A stretch of 64,000 nt of DNA, taken from positions 18,538,001 to 18,602,000 of the forward strand of contig CM106586.1 in NCBI GenBank assembly GCA_048013815.1, given 5' to 3'. Within the stretch, counting starts at the first letter, position 1. Each line of letters starts with the position of its first letter. This DNA is from Setoptus koraiensis. Its lineage: Eukaryota > Animalia > Arthropoda. Both the position numbers and the translations under genes were made by a program. Positions 26,801-37,973 of this stretch are shown piece by piece. The notes beneath the pieces were generated by a model, which was not told the origin of the DNA, ran no database searches, and worked only from the letters and a program-made list of their open reading frames with translations.

Positions 26801-28171
26801 AAAATTGCGAGGGACAAAAATAAGGTCAAGGGCATGCAAGAGGATATTCTTGAGCGCAAGTTCGCTGAGAGTTCGTCACTGGCGGACTTGTTTCGACAAA
26901 TGAATGTTATTCTGCCCCGTTTAGTTAATGGTGTCGTTGATCACATAGGCGCCACCATGTTGTCGTCCGAATATAATTATCAACCTTTACAGCTGCTAGC
27001 CAAGTTTATTGACGATCCCACAAAATTGTTCGCCTGTTGGTCCAGGCTATTGTCCACTGTTAATTCTGATGTGTTTAGTGCCCGGGTGCCCCGTTTGATA
27101 AACGAGATGAGTGAGGTGCTTGCCGCCAGAGGCCTCGACCAACTGAAAACGTTTGTTGCCCTGAGTGACGCCGATTCACTCAATTACATAAATGACGACA
27201 AGCCAGAGGATGGGCTAAAAAAGATGTTCGATAAATTCTTGCGCGAATACGGCCACAGGGCCTACAACGAATTCGATCTTGGCACGCAAAGGTGGGGCGA
27301 AGATCCAACTATAGTGATAAAGATGATCAAGCAGTCGTGCCAGAAACAGTTACGCGCCATGGAGGACGATGCGCCGAAAGTGGCCGCTGCTCGAAATGAG
27401 GAGACCCCCGGTGGTCAGTTGTTAGAGGATGTTATGAAATCGAAATTTAGTTTTGTCGACAGGCTCAGAATGAATCGTTTTATTTTGCCCAATTGCCATA
27501 AATTTGTTGGTGTTCGCGAACGAACAAAAGATCTAATTGTGTATCAGGCTAATTGTTTGAGATGCGCCGCTAGTGTTTTGGCGAACGAGATGCGCAATCA
27601 GGGTCGCTTGCCCGACGCCGATCTCATCTTTTATCTGACCCTTGGCGAGGTTGAGCGATTAACTGAGCGCCCACAGCCAGCAATTGTGATGCATGCTCAA
27701 CGAAGAAGACGCTACATACAAAAGGTAGAGGGCTGGAAATTTGACGAGGTGCTAACAGGTTACGATTTTCAGCCTCGCCATATGTCCGCGGGCAGCGACG
27801 AAGCTATCAAATTAGCCAACGACCTGAAAAATTTGCCCAAAATTATTGGCACGCCAGCCAGTTCCGGCATAGCGGAGGGCCGAGTGTGCGTTGTCAACGA
27901 GTACAAGCAATTGGACAAGGTGAAACCTGGCGACATCCTTGTGACCTATGCCACAGACATTAGTTTCAGTCCGGTGTTTCCATTGTTGGCCGGCATAATT
28001 ACCGAAATCGGAGGCATGATCAGTCACGGGGCTGTCATAGCCAGAGAATATGGATTGCCTACGCTGATTGGTGTGTCGGGCGCTTGTTCAATCTTCGAGG
28101 ATGGCGAAAGGGTGATGATTGACGCCAATCAGGGTCACGTGTTGCGTCTCGATCTGGCAGCCGACAATTAA
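23894..28171 (+). CDS. PEP-utilising / ATP-dependent phosphotransferase of RPH-PigC-YvkC type with a long N-terminal extension, 1425 aa, intronless
   Basis: PPDK_N/ATP-grasp motifs GAKAASL, AVRSSSWGEDDQDMSAAGQ, QEMI..AGVLFTCDP, GLGESVVS, DIEW and QSRPLT. Central-domain motifs ANVGEVMPMPIRPL and FLREYGHRAYNEFD. C-terminal His-swivel domain TEIGGMISHGAVIAREYGLP (His about aa 1378). Confidence 0.92.
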   Translation: MAQISAPSYVYARSKVWSTRRKKNKRQNRFDVYEVDPAITIPSQNGLLSSPTDWYMATPNLKRDENILLVGSSTWGSSVSLKIKWRPNEQLNLYTMLTSFTIECGKDKPTYDYDEVWTQSVRPPDDQQQRAGSYIEKYCGQNISLEVLIPYSKYRLFFSGYMRDRQNDNKLLYVRFRALVSGLGKIFDFKEQYDSEFVARQLAKTRQQTKDIDCIDALNQLFLQDRHEHNVQFRCVYTLGKDDSTTSEHAEEQKLFCWGFHARHFIQPSDASTRFTRVLGYFSSGTWFHLGSVERAPLESNLDSKQDSKQDNRIQMDFGYACPQNQVSYPIQRLDPVDWDQISASGGKQFQFKFKCNNIPIEVQSSPDSNNVNGDFIDVVSNEKRKGRALILTDEIVKQDQIVVDKSVSDYVSSVHTKPCRVIDLTYLETQWATTKLLDSYRPLVVGLGQPDAQYSSLCGAKAASLAQLLRYRSDVRPDSEFEVPNGVVLTRYAWDLILELNANVQQAQQRLAQAVNQDNKEDVRQLSEQIRGMFSRASGNNDQENAQKVNVPDQLVTELKQAMLTTYGIGDLAKSDKPFAVRSSSWGEDDQDMSAAGQLTTLLSIRGLDQLCDAILICFASKYSLTNLEYKHQRGLPIDMPMGIVIQEMIECDKAGVLFTCDPINGDHRRMVITANYGLGESVVSAAADPDTVVVGVVVDPQEPNDFSKRRLDSWREVKIGKKTVIMTGDSIESKQSQEYGLSKNDTAAAAESQQQLPQHDGLDLSKCCLSQDEITKLADCALKLVGYFRCARDIEWGLKDGQLYLFQSRPLTGLDAMNEFEVAHEFSDGVAAEKEWLSRANVGEVMPMPIRPLTLTYLFRFWNIAMECHLRRLGMMKRENWFPNRPGEMVYNGYYGFFNLRQSRLFRFAGGEKRPIIARAAEIAFFGHEVEEPELAEACAKVARPVSGYAQLRNTMDSWPLKYAPDKKIARDKNKVKGMQEDILERKFAESSSLADLFRQMNVILPRLVNGVVDHIGATMLSSEYNYQPLQLLAKFIDDPTKLFACWSRLLSTVNSDVFSARVPRLINEMSEVLAARGLDQLKTFVALSDADSLNYINDDKPEDGLKKMFDKFLREYGHRAYNEFDLGTQRWGEDPTIVIKMIKQSCQKQLRAMEDDAPKVAAARNEETPGGQLLEDVMKSKFSFVDRLRMNRFILPNCHKFVGVRERTKDLIVYQANCLRCAASVLANEMRNQGRLPDADLIFYLTLGEVERLTERPQPAIVMHAQRRRRYIQKVEGWKFDEVLTGYDFQPRHMSAGSDEAIKLANDLKNLPKIIGTPASSGIAEGRVCVVNEYKQLDKVKPGDILVTYATDISFSPVFPLLAGIITEIGGMISHGAVIAREYGLPTLIGVSGACSIFEDGERVMIDANQGHVLRLDLAADN

Positions 28172-28650
28172 AGGAATTACTTTGGGACCGAACTGCTTTT
28201 AACCGACTGAAATTGTTTTGATTGAGCCACTTAGACGGCCTCTGTTATTTGTATAAAATCAATTTCTATACTCTGAATATAGTGAAAAATTGTTGACTGT
28301 TGTAGCCGGGGAACAGATAGAAATTCTTGATTAAAAAAATTTAGAACAATGCTGCAATAAACTGAAAAAGAAACAAGTGAGATGTCGAATGTTAGTTTTG
28401 TCAGTGAATAGCACACTCAACATGTCGTACTTGTCGTTACAATTATCGGGCCCACTGCTTCTATTGCACATTTTCACTTCTCTTGCAATCCGAGAAATCA
28501 GAGATTCCATACAAATATCACAGCGCAGTATTTCGGCTCAATTTACTATACTATTGACGCCCCGATTGGATCGTTTTCATAACAATAGGAATGAAGCGAA
28601 CACAAAAAATGGGTACACTGTCGAGAGACGGCCATTTATAACAAGCCCTA

Positions 28651-28660
28651 TCGTGCGTGC
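28651..28660 (+). promoter_or_regulatory. Motif A (TCGTGCGTGC) upstream of GR-like copy 1
   Basis: Same core as upstream of the other copies; motif B is not evident here. Confidence 0.45.
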
Positions 28661-28880
28661 CGAGGGATATTAGTCTGCATGGAGTTGCAGAGGCATACTC
28701 TTATATGCAAGATTCAGTGTGTCCTGTAAAGTGCACAGTTGGACGGTCGAAAGGAAAATCCACTATGTTATTGGCAGATAAAATTGAAACAAGCGAAAAG
28801 ATAGAAACACACTATCGAAATGTAAAACGATTTGCATTATTTTCTTCAACGCTTATACTATAGAGACGTGGATATTATTG

Positions 28881-30945
28881 ATGGACTCCATCAAATTTAA
28901 TCTCTTTTGGGTGACAATTTTCATTGTCACATACATCAACGGTTCAGCAAATTTCCTGCAGCCTCATGATGAAGAAGAAGGAATAACACATGTGAACCAG
29001 TCAGAAATTTGTCATGCGAAGAAGTGTCGACTGCTCGATGGAATAAGGACTCGCTTGAAGTTATATTTAAAAAATAGACAAAAAAAACCGAGCTATCTTA
29101 TATGGGTAGTAGTCCACAATCTTTCTGGTTTCTATTTTATATTTGATTATATGGTGTGCGGTTTTGGAAGTGAAAGTCTCATCGCTGAATTAAAAGAGAA
29201 ATATATTATCGTCGACATGTTTGCTACGTATGGCTTCTCTCGGATGTTCAACAAAGTTGCGGCTATACTTTTCTTAGAAATCTTCACGTTTCGTATTAAG
29301 AACATAGTCGCTAACATGAGCAGACAGACTGGATGCCAAAGATGCGATCTGCGAGTGACATATATGAATTGTCTCGTGTTAAATCTCAGAGCTTGGATGC
29401 ATATTCTTGGTCTCAGAGATAGAGTTCAATGCAAAGATAGGGTGCATTGTGAGAGAATGATTCACTGCAAGATCCAATGTCAAGCTGCCGCTTCGTCAGA
29501 TAAAAAGTATCGAGGTGAGTCTCTTCGTGCAAACTATAATAAACGTGGTCACTTTGATGTTCGTGGTTCTGAATTATCAGAAAATTCCGCACAAGCGAAC
29601 CACAAACAAGAGGCGTTCGATTTTGACAATGACTTTCGAGAAATCAATTACCAGCTAAAATTCCCAAAACAACTCTTGGTAAACGGGTCCACCCATATAA
29701 TGGATTTGGCTTCGCTGAGGTTCTTATCTTATTTGTTTTTATTGGGAGGGACGTTCTTAATACTGGTCGGAATGGCAGCTGTAAGATATTCTTTATTGAT
29801 GGAAATCCACAATTGTGGCGGAACGATGAAATTATTCATCAAGCTGCGTCTCTTCACCTATTCGCTCACAATCATTGCTCTCAATGACGTAATTTGGCAA
29901 TTTAATGAGATTACACTCTTTATTCTTCACTGTGCAGTCTGTTACAGCAAGGCCAGGCATACACTCGACCAGACCGTACAGTTAATTGAAATGTATCGTT
30001 CCAGCGGAAAACATACTTCAAGCTTTTGCATAGCGAACATAGGAAAGTACAGCATAAAGGAAAACCATCATCTATCCGAGAGAATTGACAGACTCGTCAG
30101 AATGATCATAGAGCTACGCTCAGACGTTGATCATCTAAAGCGACGTTTCACAATCGATTTAAACTTGGAACTTCTTTTCAAAATGCCATGTGTTATATTA
30201 ACTTTGTCAACGCTCGTCGGCACGCCAAACCTTAGCGTTACGGAAACTCGACTACTTTATCTTCTTTTGCAAGGATATTGGCTTCCCATATTTGTCCTCA
30301 GTTTATCAGCTGCTCTTATTCATTCTAGGGTAATCGTCATGACACGAGTCGGCGAGAGGAAAGTTCTCACCAGTGCTCACCCCATCCCATTCTCTCACAT
30401 CTGCCCCTTTTTTCTCAAATCTCATCACTAGTTGAACTACAACTTTGAAATAGGAATGTAACATTCCTCAAAAAATAACCTGTAGATTAGACTGGAGCGA
30501 GACAACAGCAAATGTTGGCCTCATTCTGCCCAATTTTCTTAACTCCCAATAGCCATTACTAATAACGGACGCTTCATCCATATTATATATCCATTCAATC
30601 ATGTTTCCAGTTCAAGGCTATCTATTATGCACTGCAGAATCTCATGACCTACAATTGCTTTATGACTAGTTGGAACCAGCAGCGATTGTCTTCGATAGAA
30701 GAGGATCTCAATGATATCAGGAATGTGGCACTTTTTATCTTCGAAACAGACCCGCTGACTCTTGTTAACTTGCTAATGGTTAGTATATCATGAGAGATTA
30801 AGAACCTCAAAATGTGAATCCTGGAGTTTATATTCTACGATATTCTCGTCATATTGTTTCATATCGCATAATTTCTTTTTATATTCTATAGCTAATTGGA
30901 TGGATCGCATCGGGCATAACATTGTTGCTGAAATATGCATTGTGA
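28881..30945 (+). CDS. Divergent gustatory-receptor-like 7TM protein, copy 1 (556 aa)
   Basis: join(28881..30329,30611..30778,30892..30945); phase-0 GT-AG introns; ends LIGWIASGITLLLKYAL*. Confidence 0.82.
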
Positions 30946-32592
30946 AATTCCTGTTTTTCTGTCTAGCATTCTAGCTGGCGAATGGTGAGGAGTAAAAGCT
31001 GATTTGAATTTTGTCCATGTATTCGATACCTTGATATTCACGCTTGTAATCTGATTGTTCTTTGTTGGGTGCATTGGTGTTTGAGACGTCTTTTTGAGCA
31101 ATATTAGAAATATTGAAAGTTTCGTCCATTATCAGCATATGTGAATCTCAGAGTCGAGTCATCTTGCTGAGAGATGAGAATATATTGAACTAGACTCGAA
31201 TATTCATCCATCTTCTTCTATTGCCAATACGAAAGACTCAATGATGTACTTTCCAAGCTATCCTCTGGACTCATAGGCTCTCTCATCAAAGCTAAAGCGT
31301 TTCGTCTAGCTCCAGTGGCAGTTTGCGGCTGGAGTGATTCCACCGCCGGAGTTCAAGACGCCTAGATGGGATCGGAACGCATGACTAGTGGCGATTTGGG
31401 CAGTCTTACATGATGTCTTTTTATTCGTATAAGATCGTATTTGTACAATTTGAAATATGGATAGATGATTGAAGAGTGGTGTTTTCGGATAAATTGAAAA
31501 TCCCTTATCTTAAATTAGAAAGACACCGCAAAAACCATTTTGTCAATATTGTGAACCGTAACACGAGAGGAACTTCTTACAAATATCACAGTGCAATATA
31601 TATCTGAGCCTCTTAGATGCATTGTGGTATTATGGTCTAGATGAGATATTGCTCGATCAGGTTTGTCTGAAAAGAACGAAAAACGTGGATATACTGAAAA
31701 TAGGCAGCCAGTAATAAGTTCTGTTTTGCGTGCATAGGAAGCATAAGCGAGATGAGTTTTTTAGGTATCGAAGGATCATAAATTACTGCTTATATTGTTG
31801 TGCTTGTTGAGAAGTAACCGAGATTGATGATAACATCTTCAAGATATACACTGTAGATCATTCAAAGCAATTGTGCGGTCAAAAATGATTTTGCCCCGGC
31901 GCAAATTCTGCTCTCAAGTTCAAGTCAGAATGGCGTGAACGGCGAAAATTGAAAGTGTGGCTGATTTTGACTATTGATGTGCAAATTCAGTTCAAAATGG
32001 TTGAAAATTTATAATTATGCACTGGACTTTCCAGATGGGTCGGTGACAATTCTTCGAACGACGATTCTTCGAATAGAAGATTTGAGTTTCAAAAATGCAT
32101 ACTTATCTGTTACAATGCTATTAACCTGATCAACACTGTGCAATACCCTACCCAAAAATACCCAAAATACCCAAATTAGGCGTGGTCGCTGTTCGATGGA
32201 ACAACCCAAATTTTCACTGATTGTCACGAGAATGTGATCTCACTCGATCGGTTGATCATTCGTTGTAGATCAATAACATCACATCCTTGTGACAATAAAT
32301 TGAAAGCTACGAAGGGCAGCAAACTAGTTCACTTCTTGATCATTGTGATCACTACTGACCAGATCATTTCATTTTGAACATTTGATATCGATTGATCATT
32401 TCCGGTAATATGTAACAACGGTAAACATGAAAGAATTTGAATAAGGGTAACATGAACAACAGTTTCCATCTAACAAATAAAGACAAAAGAGCCTCATTTT
32501 CTAGTTCAGAGAATAGTATTTTCTTTTTTCAAGCATGCTCAACTTATTTTATTATATTTCTTAGATCGTTGCAGTCATAACCAGTATGCTAT

Positions 32593-33141
32593 TTAGTTAG
32601 CTTGAACAGCACCCTTTTTATGATTGACCAATTCAGGTAGGTCGCCGCGTTTCAATTCTTTTCTAAACTGCTGTCGCTTCAGTATTTCGGAATCGATTTG
32701 TTGTTGTAGTGAGGTTACATCGCCCTCCACTTCACTAGCGTTAATTCTATTGATTAAGGTCATCCTCTTGTTAACGATTTTTATGTATTTGAAATCCGGT
32801 TTATAGTCACCAATATCTTGCCACTCTACTGGCTCGACTTTGATTATTTTATTCTTTATGCAGGCAAGCATTCCTTCTTCTGCAGCCAACACATCCAGAT
32901 AGTACTCTCTGTCGGTAAAATAATCAACGTTAGTTGGTTCTTTCTTTAATAGTTTCTGGACTCTTCGCAACTCCTCATTGTAAGATCTGATGTTACGCAT
33001 ATGTTCGATAACATAACTTTGCTCTTCCTTTTCTAAACCCTCAAACTCGGGATCAAGTTTACCTGCAAAGGCCGGAAAGACCGAAACACAAACCAGCATC
33101 GACGAACACAGTATAATCGCTAATAAGTTAATTTTTTGCAT
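32593..33141 (-). CDS. Small secreted helical protein, orphan (182 aa)
   Basis: ATG start, signal peptide MQKINLLAIILCSSMLVCVSVFPAFAG, charged helical-looking body, single exon; a decayed paralog lies next to it. Confidence 0.75.
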   Translation of the reverse strand: MQKINLLAIILCSSMLVCVSVFPAFAGKLDPEFEGLEKEEQSYVIEHMRNIRSYNEELRRVQKLLKKEPTNVDYFTDREYYLDVLAAEEGMLACIKNKIIKVEPVEWQDIGDYKPDFKYIKIVNKRMTLINRINASEVEGDVTSLQQQIDSEILKRQQFRKELKRGDLPELVNHKKGAVQAN

Positions 33142-33576
33142 TCGAAGATCTTTTATCTTTTTAGATGAAAGTCTACAAATAATAGCACAACCAGCTTGTT
33201 TGTTAATCGATTGAGTTCTCTCTCTCTCTCTCTCTCTGATATGTTTTTTGGTGAATGACTCGATTCACAAAGACGCGAAAGCATACTATTGCATCAATGG
33301 GCCACAATAAGCAAGCATATATAACAACCATAACATAAAGCTATTTTTGGTTCAAAATCGAGTGCACTCCTTAGATGACTTGACATTGACAAAACAACTT
33401 GTGAAAGTAGTGTGAATTATTGACATCACTATTCATCATATTTCAATCATTGGATTGGACTAACAGATCACAGATAAAGCCTTGTGTTGACTAAACGTGT
33501 AGCCATTACAATGATAAACTGTTTTCTACATTCAATTTATTAGTTACTACTTGGTAATTAGTACAGTCTAGTGACT

Positions 33577-34045
33577 CTAACTGAGCTCATCAAACAGCTC
33601 ACCGGATCTGACGCTATCCCCATACTTGTGTCTCTCTTCTCGCTACGAATTGATTTTCTGCATCAATTCTTCTGTATCCTCAACTTGCCCATTTGCGTCT
33701 TGAGCTTTGATATGTTGTTACATAATTATTAAGCACATCCATTTCTATCGGCTTATTACTGTTGACTTTATTCTTTATGCAAGTGAGGAGCCCTTCTTCG
33801 GCGGCCAATACATCAAAGAAGTATTCTTCGTCTGCTAAGGCATCAACGTCTTTTTGGATTCCTTATCAAATGTATATTCAATATCATCAATTCACTATGG
33901 AAGGCATCGATATTTCGCAGGTGACCCACGACAAAATTCTGCTCTATGCTTTTTAGTTTTTCGGTGGTGATCCACACGTAGGGCTCTGCGAGGACGATTC
34001 GTATATCATGCTAGACGAACAAAAAATAGCAGAGATTCCGTTCAA
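33577..34045 (-). pseudogene. Disrupted paralog of the 182-aa secreted protein
   Basis: EQNFVVGHLRNIDAFHSEL matches EQSYVIEHMRNIRSYNEEL, and DVDALADEEYFFDVLAAEEGLLTCIKNK matches NVDYFTDREYYLDVLAAEEGMLACIKNK. Frameshifts are present (one in the T-run near 33850), plus a TAG at 33645-33643. Confidence 0.82.
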
Positions 34046-34173
34046 TTATCACAGTACATTACACCGGCGCACATTACATGCACATCGGCTTCTCAATCGG
34101 CCATTTTTCAATAATGAGAGGTATACATAACATGATAAGAATGTCAAGACATGGTCATCAATATAAAGTTTCG

Positions 34174-34313
34174 TTGTGCGTGCATAGAGACTTTCATCGA
34201 CATGTTCAAGTGAGGCATTAAAAGGCTCATACATAACGAAGACAGCGACCAAGATAACTCCGATACACCGAATTAGCAAGATTAGAGTACAGGTAATTTA
34301 TGGTCCGTGAAGC
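34174..34313 (+). promoter_or_regulatory. Conserved motif pair A+B upstream of copy 2
   Basis: TTGTGCGTGCATAG ... AATTTATGGTCCGTGAAGC. Confidence 0.6.
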
Positions 34314-34553
34314 ACAATTCCAGAATTCAGAGATTTATTTATATGTGTGATTTAAGTGACATAATATTTCGAGTAAACGGTTACGTGGAATTGAGACAGC
34401 TACACAACTAAAGAAGTTACAAAGAAGTCACAAAGTTAATTGAAAATAAGACGAAAACAATTGAAGAGAAGGGATCAAACGGTACAACAATGTTGGGCAG
34501 ATTCGCACCATTTTCTTGATCATTTATATTGTATGGAAGTGGATATTATTGAG

Positions 34554-36625
34554 ATGGATTCGATCAAAATCAATATATTTAGGCATTTAATTTTCATCGT
34601 CATATTATTTAACGGTTCAGCAAATTTTATCCGGTCTCATGAGGACGAAGATGAAGCAACACATGTAAATCAGTCGGAATTTTGTTACGAACCGAATTCG
34701 AAGAGGCGAACACTGCTTGATCGATGGAAGTCACGTGTGGCCTTATTTCTGAGAAATAAACAACGAAAACCGACCTATCTCATATGGGTAGTACTCGACC
34801 TTTTTTTTGGACTCTACATTATATTCGATACTATGGTGCGTGGTTTCGGCAGCGAAAGTCTCATCGCTGCATTAGAAGAAAAATGTTTAATTGTCGACAT
34901 GTTTGCTCCTTACAGCCTCGGTTACAACATAATGATGAACAAAGTGGTGGCGATACTTTTTATTGAAGTCTACTTGTTTCGTATGAGGAACATCATCGCA
35001 AACATGAGGATGAACAGCGAACGCCAACTGGGCGATTTGGAAGTGACATACATGAACTGTCTCGAATTGACCCCCAGAGCCTGGATGTATATTCTAGGTC
35101 TAACGGATACAGTTCAAAGTAGAGATGAGGCGTATAATAAGAGAATCATGCACAGCACTATGCATTGCCAGCCTCGGTGTCAAGCTGCCCCATCGTTAGA
35201 TAAAGAGTATCGAGATCGGTTTCTGGACCAGAACAATGACCAATATGGCCATGCTGACGTCAGTGGTTGTGAATTAGCTAATATGGATATCAAGAAATGC
35301 TCGGCTCAGACGAATTGCAAAAAAAAGACGTTTGATTTTGACGATGACTTTCAAGAGATCAATTATCAGCTGAAATTTCCGGAGCAACTTTTAGTAAACG
35401 GGTCTCCCCATATAATGGGTTTGATGTCGATGAGGTTTGCGGCTTATATGCTTCTAATAATCGGCCCTGTGCTAATAATTCTCGCCATAGCTGTTACACA
35501 AGCTTCTTTATCGATTGAGTTTCATTACTGTGGCGATTCGATGTTATTGTTCGCCAAGCAGCGCCTTTTACCATATTTGTCGTTAGCTATCGTTTGCCTC
35601 AACATACTATTTCATCTCGAAGAGAATGCACTCTTTATTCTTCACTGTGGAATCTGCTACAGCAAGGCCAAACATACGCTAGATTTGGTCTCAAGCTTAA
35701 TTGAACTGCATCGATCCAAAGGAAAACGTGCCCAGAAATTCCGCTTACCGCACTTAAGCAAGAGCAACTATCAAGCTACTCGCGACTACGAGATCAGCAA
35801 AGGGGGGTGCACACTCCAGAATCACTATCGATCGATATTCGCCAATGCAATCATCGATAAAGATGCCATGGATTCGATAAGGATATCCGAAGAAATAGAT
35901 AGACTCGTCGCGATGATTATGGAGCTACGCTCAGACTTTGATCGTCTGAGGCGACGTTCTACATTTGACATAAATTTGGACCTTTGTTTCAAGATGCCAT
36001 GTGTTATATTACCTCTGACAAGGCTCATATCGGCAGATCTTGGCACCCTGGAAGCTCAAATACTTTGTATTGTGCAAGGATATCTGGCTCCCATTCTAGT
36101 CATTAGTTATTTTTCCGCCCTTGTCCATTCTAAGGTGATTATCATGATACAAACATTTTCACCTACAGTATCTCGCTATTCTCCTTATCACCCGATGACC
36201 ACAACACATTTCGGCCGCAATTTCGAACTAAGGTCAGATTTTTCATCCACATTTTACATCCATCCCATTATATTTCCAGTTCAGGGCCATCTATCATGCC
36301 TTACAGAATCTCATGACCTATCATTCCCTCATGACTAGCTGGAACCTTCAGCGATTGTCGTACATTGCAGAGGATCTAGGTGATATCCGCAATGTGGCGC
36401 TCTTTATCTTCACTGTAAACCCGGTGACACTTGGTAACTTACCTATGGTTAGTATATCGTGAAAGAGGAAGAATCTTACTCTGTGAATCCTTCAATGTGA
36501 ATTCTCTGTAGTCATATCTATTTACTTTATATTGCAAAAACATATTCTATTCCAATATATGTATTCTATAGCTAATCGGCTGGACCGCATCAGGCATAAT
36601 ATTGTTGTTACAATATGCAGTTTAA
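34554..36625 (+). CDS. GR-like 7TM protein, copy 2 (600 aa)
   Basis: join(34554..36134,36280..36447,36572..36625); ends LIGWTASGIILLLQYAV*. Confidence 0.85.
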
Positions 36626-37040
36626 AATTTTATGATATAATTTGTTTGAAATGAATATTTTGCATGAATACTGCGCTGTCAAGTTCTTCGCTTAAAAATT
36701 GGGGTTTTCAACCTCTGTGTTCCCAGCCTAGTACAATGGAGCTCGGATGGCGTCTATAAGGTCTGAAGATTTGGTGGATCTTTTCAAAAAAAAAAAAAAC
36801 AGATGTAAACCACCGAAATCATCGATCGAATAGATTTGTGCTGGTTTATGTATGTATGATGTATTTTCGGTCAGAAACTTGGTAGCTAAGTCAGTCAATT
36901 CAGCTGTTTTGATTGACAAATATAGATGAAACTGGCTCCTATTGTTATTCTCCGCCAAATAAACCTTGAACCGATAGAAAAGTTGAGAACATGATCTAAC
37001 TTGGCGACAATGTGCAGTGTTGTGCAGTTAAACTTCAAGT

Positions 37041-37505
37041 TATTGTTAAATTGTGCCTTTTTTAGTATTTGTAGATATAGACATCATAAGCCTTTCAGGT
37101 TCGGGCACGGGTTAATTGCAATGAATCCGGGAGATGACTTCCAACAAATCAATTATCAGCCAAATGTTCTATCACTTGAACTTAAACAGGTCCCCTCATA
37201 TTGTTGATTTGTAGGCGCTGAGATTAGTGTTCTATCTATTTCTTGTGGGAGGTTTGCTGATACTATTGCCCGCAGCAGCAGCTATAAAACTCTCTTCTTC
37301 GATTGAGTATTACAATTGTGCTAGTTCGTTGATACTATTGTCAAACGACGTCTTCAATTGGTCATTGTCAATGACAATTTGTCATCGCTATTACTGTTTA
37401 AATTCACAGAAGTCACTCATGCTCTGCACTGCGCAATCTGCTGCAGCAAAGCTGAGCTTACAATCGATTTGACCTCACAGTTAATTGAACTGCATCCGTC
37501 CAGTG
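37041..37505 (+). pseudogene. Degenerate internal fragment of a GR-like gene
   Basis: Remnants of DDFQQINYQ, GPLI.., TM3 (LFLVGGLLILL..AAAIK.SSSIEY) and LHCAICCSKA..IDLTSQLIELH, with stops and indels. Confidence 0.8.
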
Positions 37506-37973
37506 GGGACAGTACTTCGAGCTCCTGATTGACCCGGCTGGCGTTATGATTTTTGGCCTTATGATTGGGCGTTCTGATCACTCGGCCTTTCGACAGTTTA
37601 CCCATATGGCGTAGATGGGCTAGTAAGGGCAGTCAATAGACATTAGCGATCGATGCTGTTTCTTGTTGTGGCGCAACGAACCGCCCGTCGAGAAATTGTA
37701 TGGACATCTTTGTTGCGAGCCTAAAGTGGCCTTTATGGCTTTTATCCTCTAGTAAAGGCCGCCACACTACGCACTCATGGCCGGGACAGTTTCGATTTGC
37801 GGAATGCGAAAACTCGTCCCATCTATTGGTGTGCAGACCTCAACCCAGCACTACATGTTCTACATGCATTTTTTGTACCCAATGAAATATTTTTAGTATG
37901 ATAGAAATAAGAAGTGCACAAAATATGTCTGGAAAGTCACAAAATAAGGATTAATAATTGATAAGGAGTTCTA

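Noticed and set aside
23894-28171. Bacterial contaminant or true PEP synthase (ppsA)
   Set aside because: It is contiguous with spliced animal genes on both sides. It lacks the C-terminal pyruvate-binding barrel, and the His domain is terminal as in the RPH type
30330-30431. ORF-track C termini after HS[KR]V in each receptor copy
   Set aside because: The tails vary from a few to about 70 aa and are not conserved; they are intron-1 read-through
34440-34553. Longer N termini of the receptor ORFs (upstream TTG/ATG starts)
   Set aside because: The upstream frame is not conserved (shifted in copy 1, variable elsewhere), while the MD[ST] ATG is present in all ten copies. Use of the MEVD.. ATG in some copies cannot be excluded
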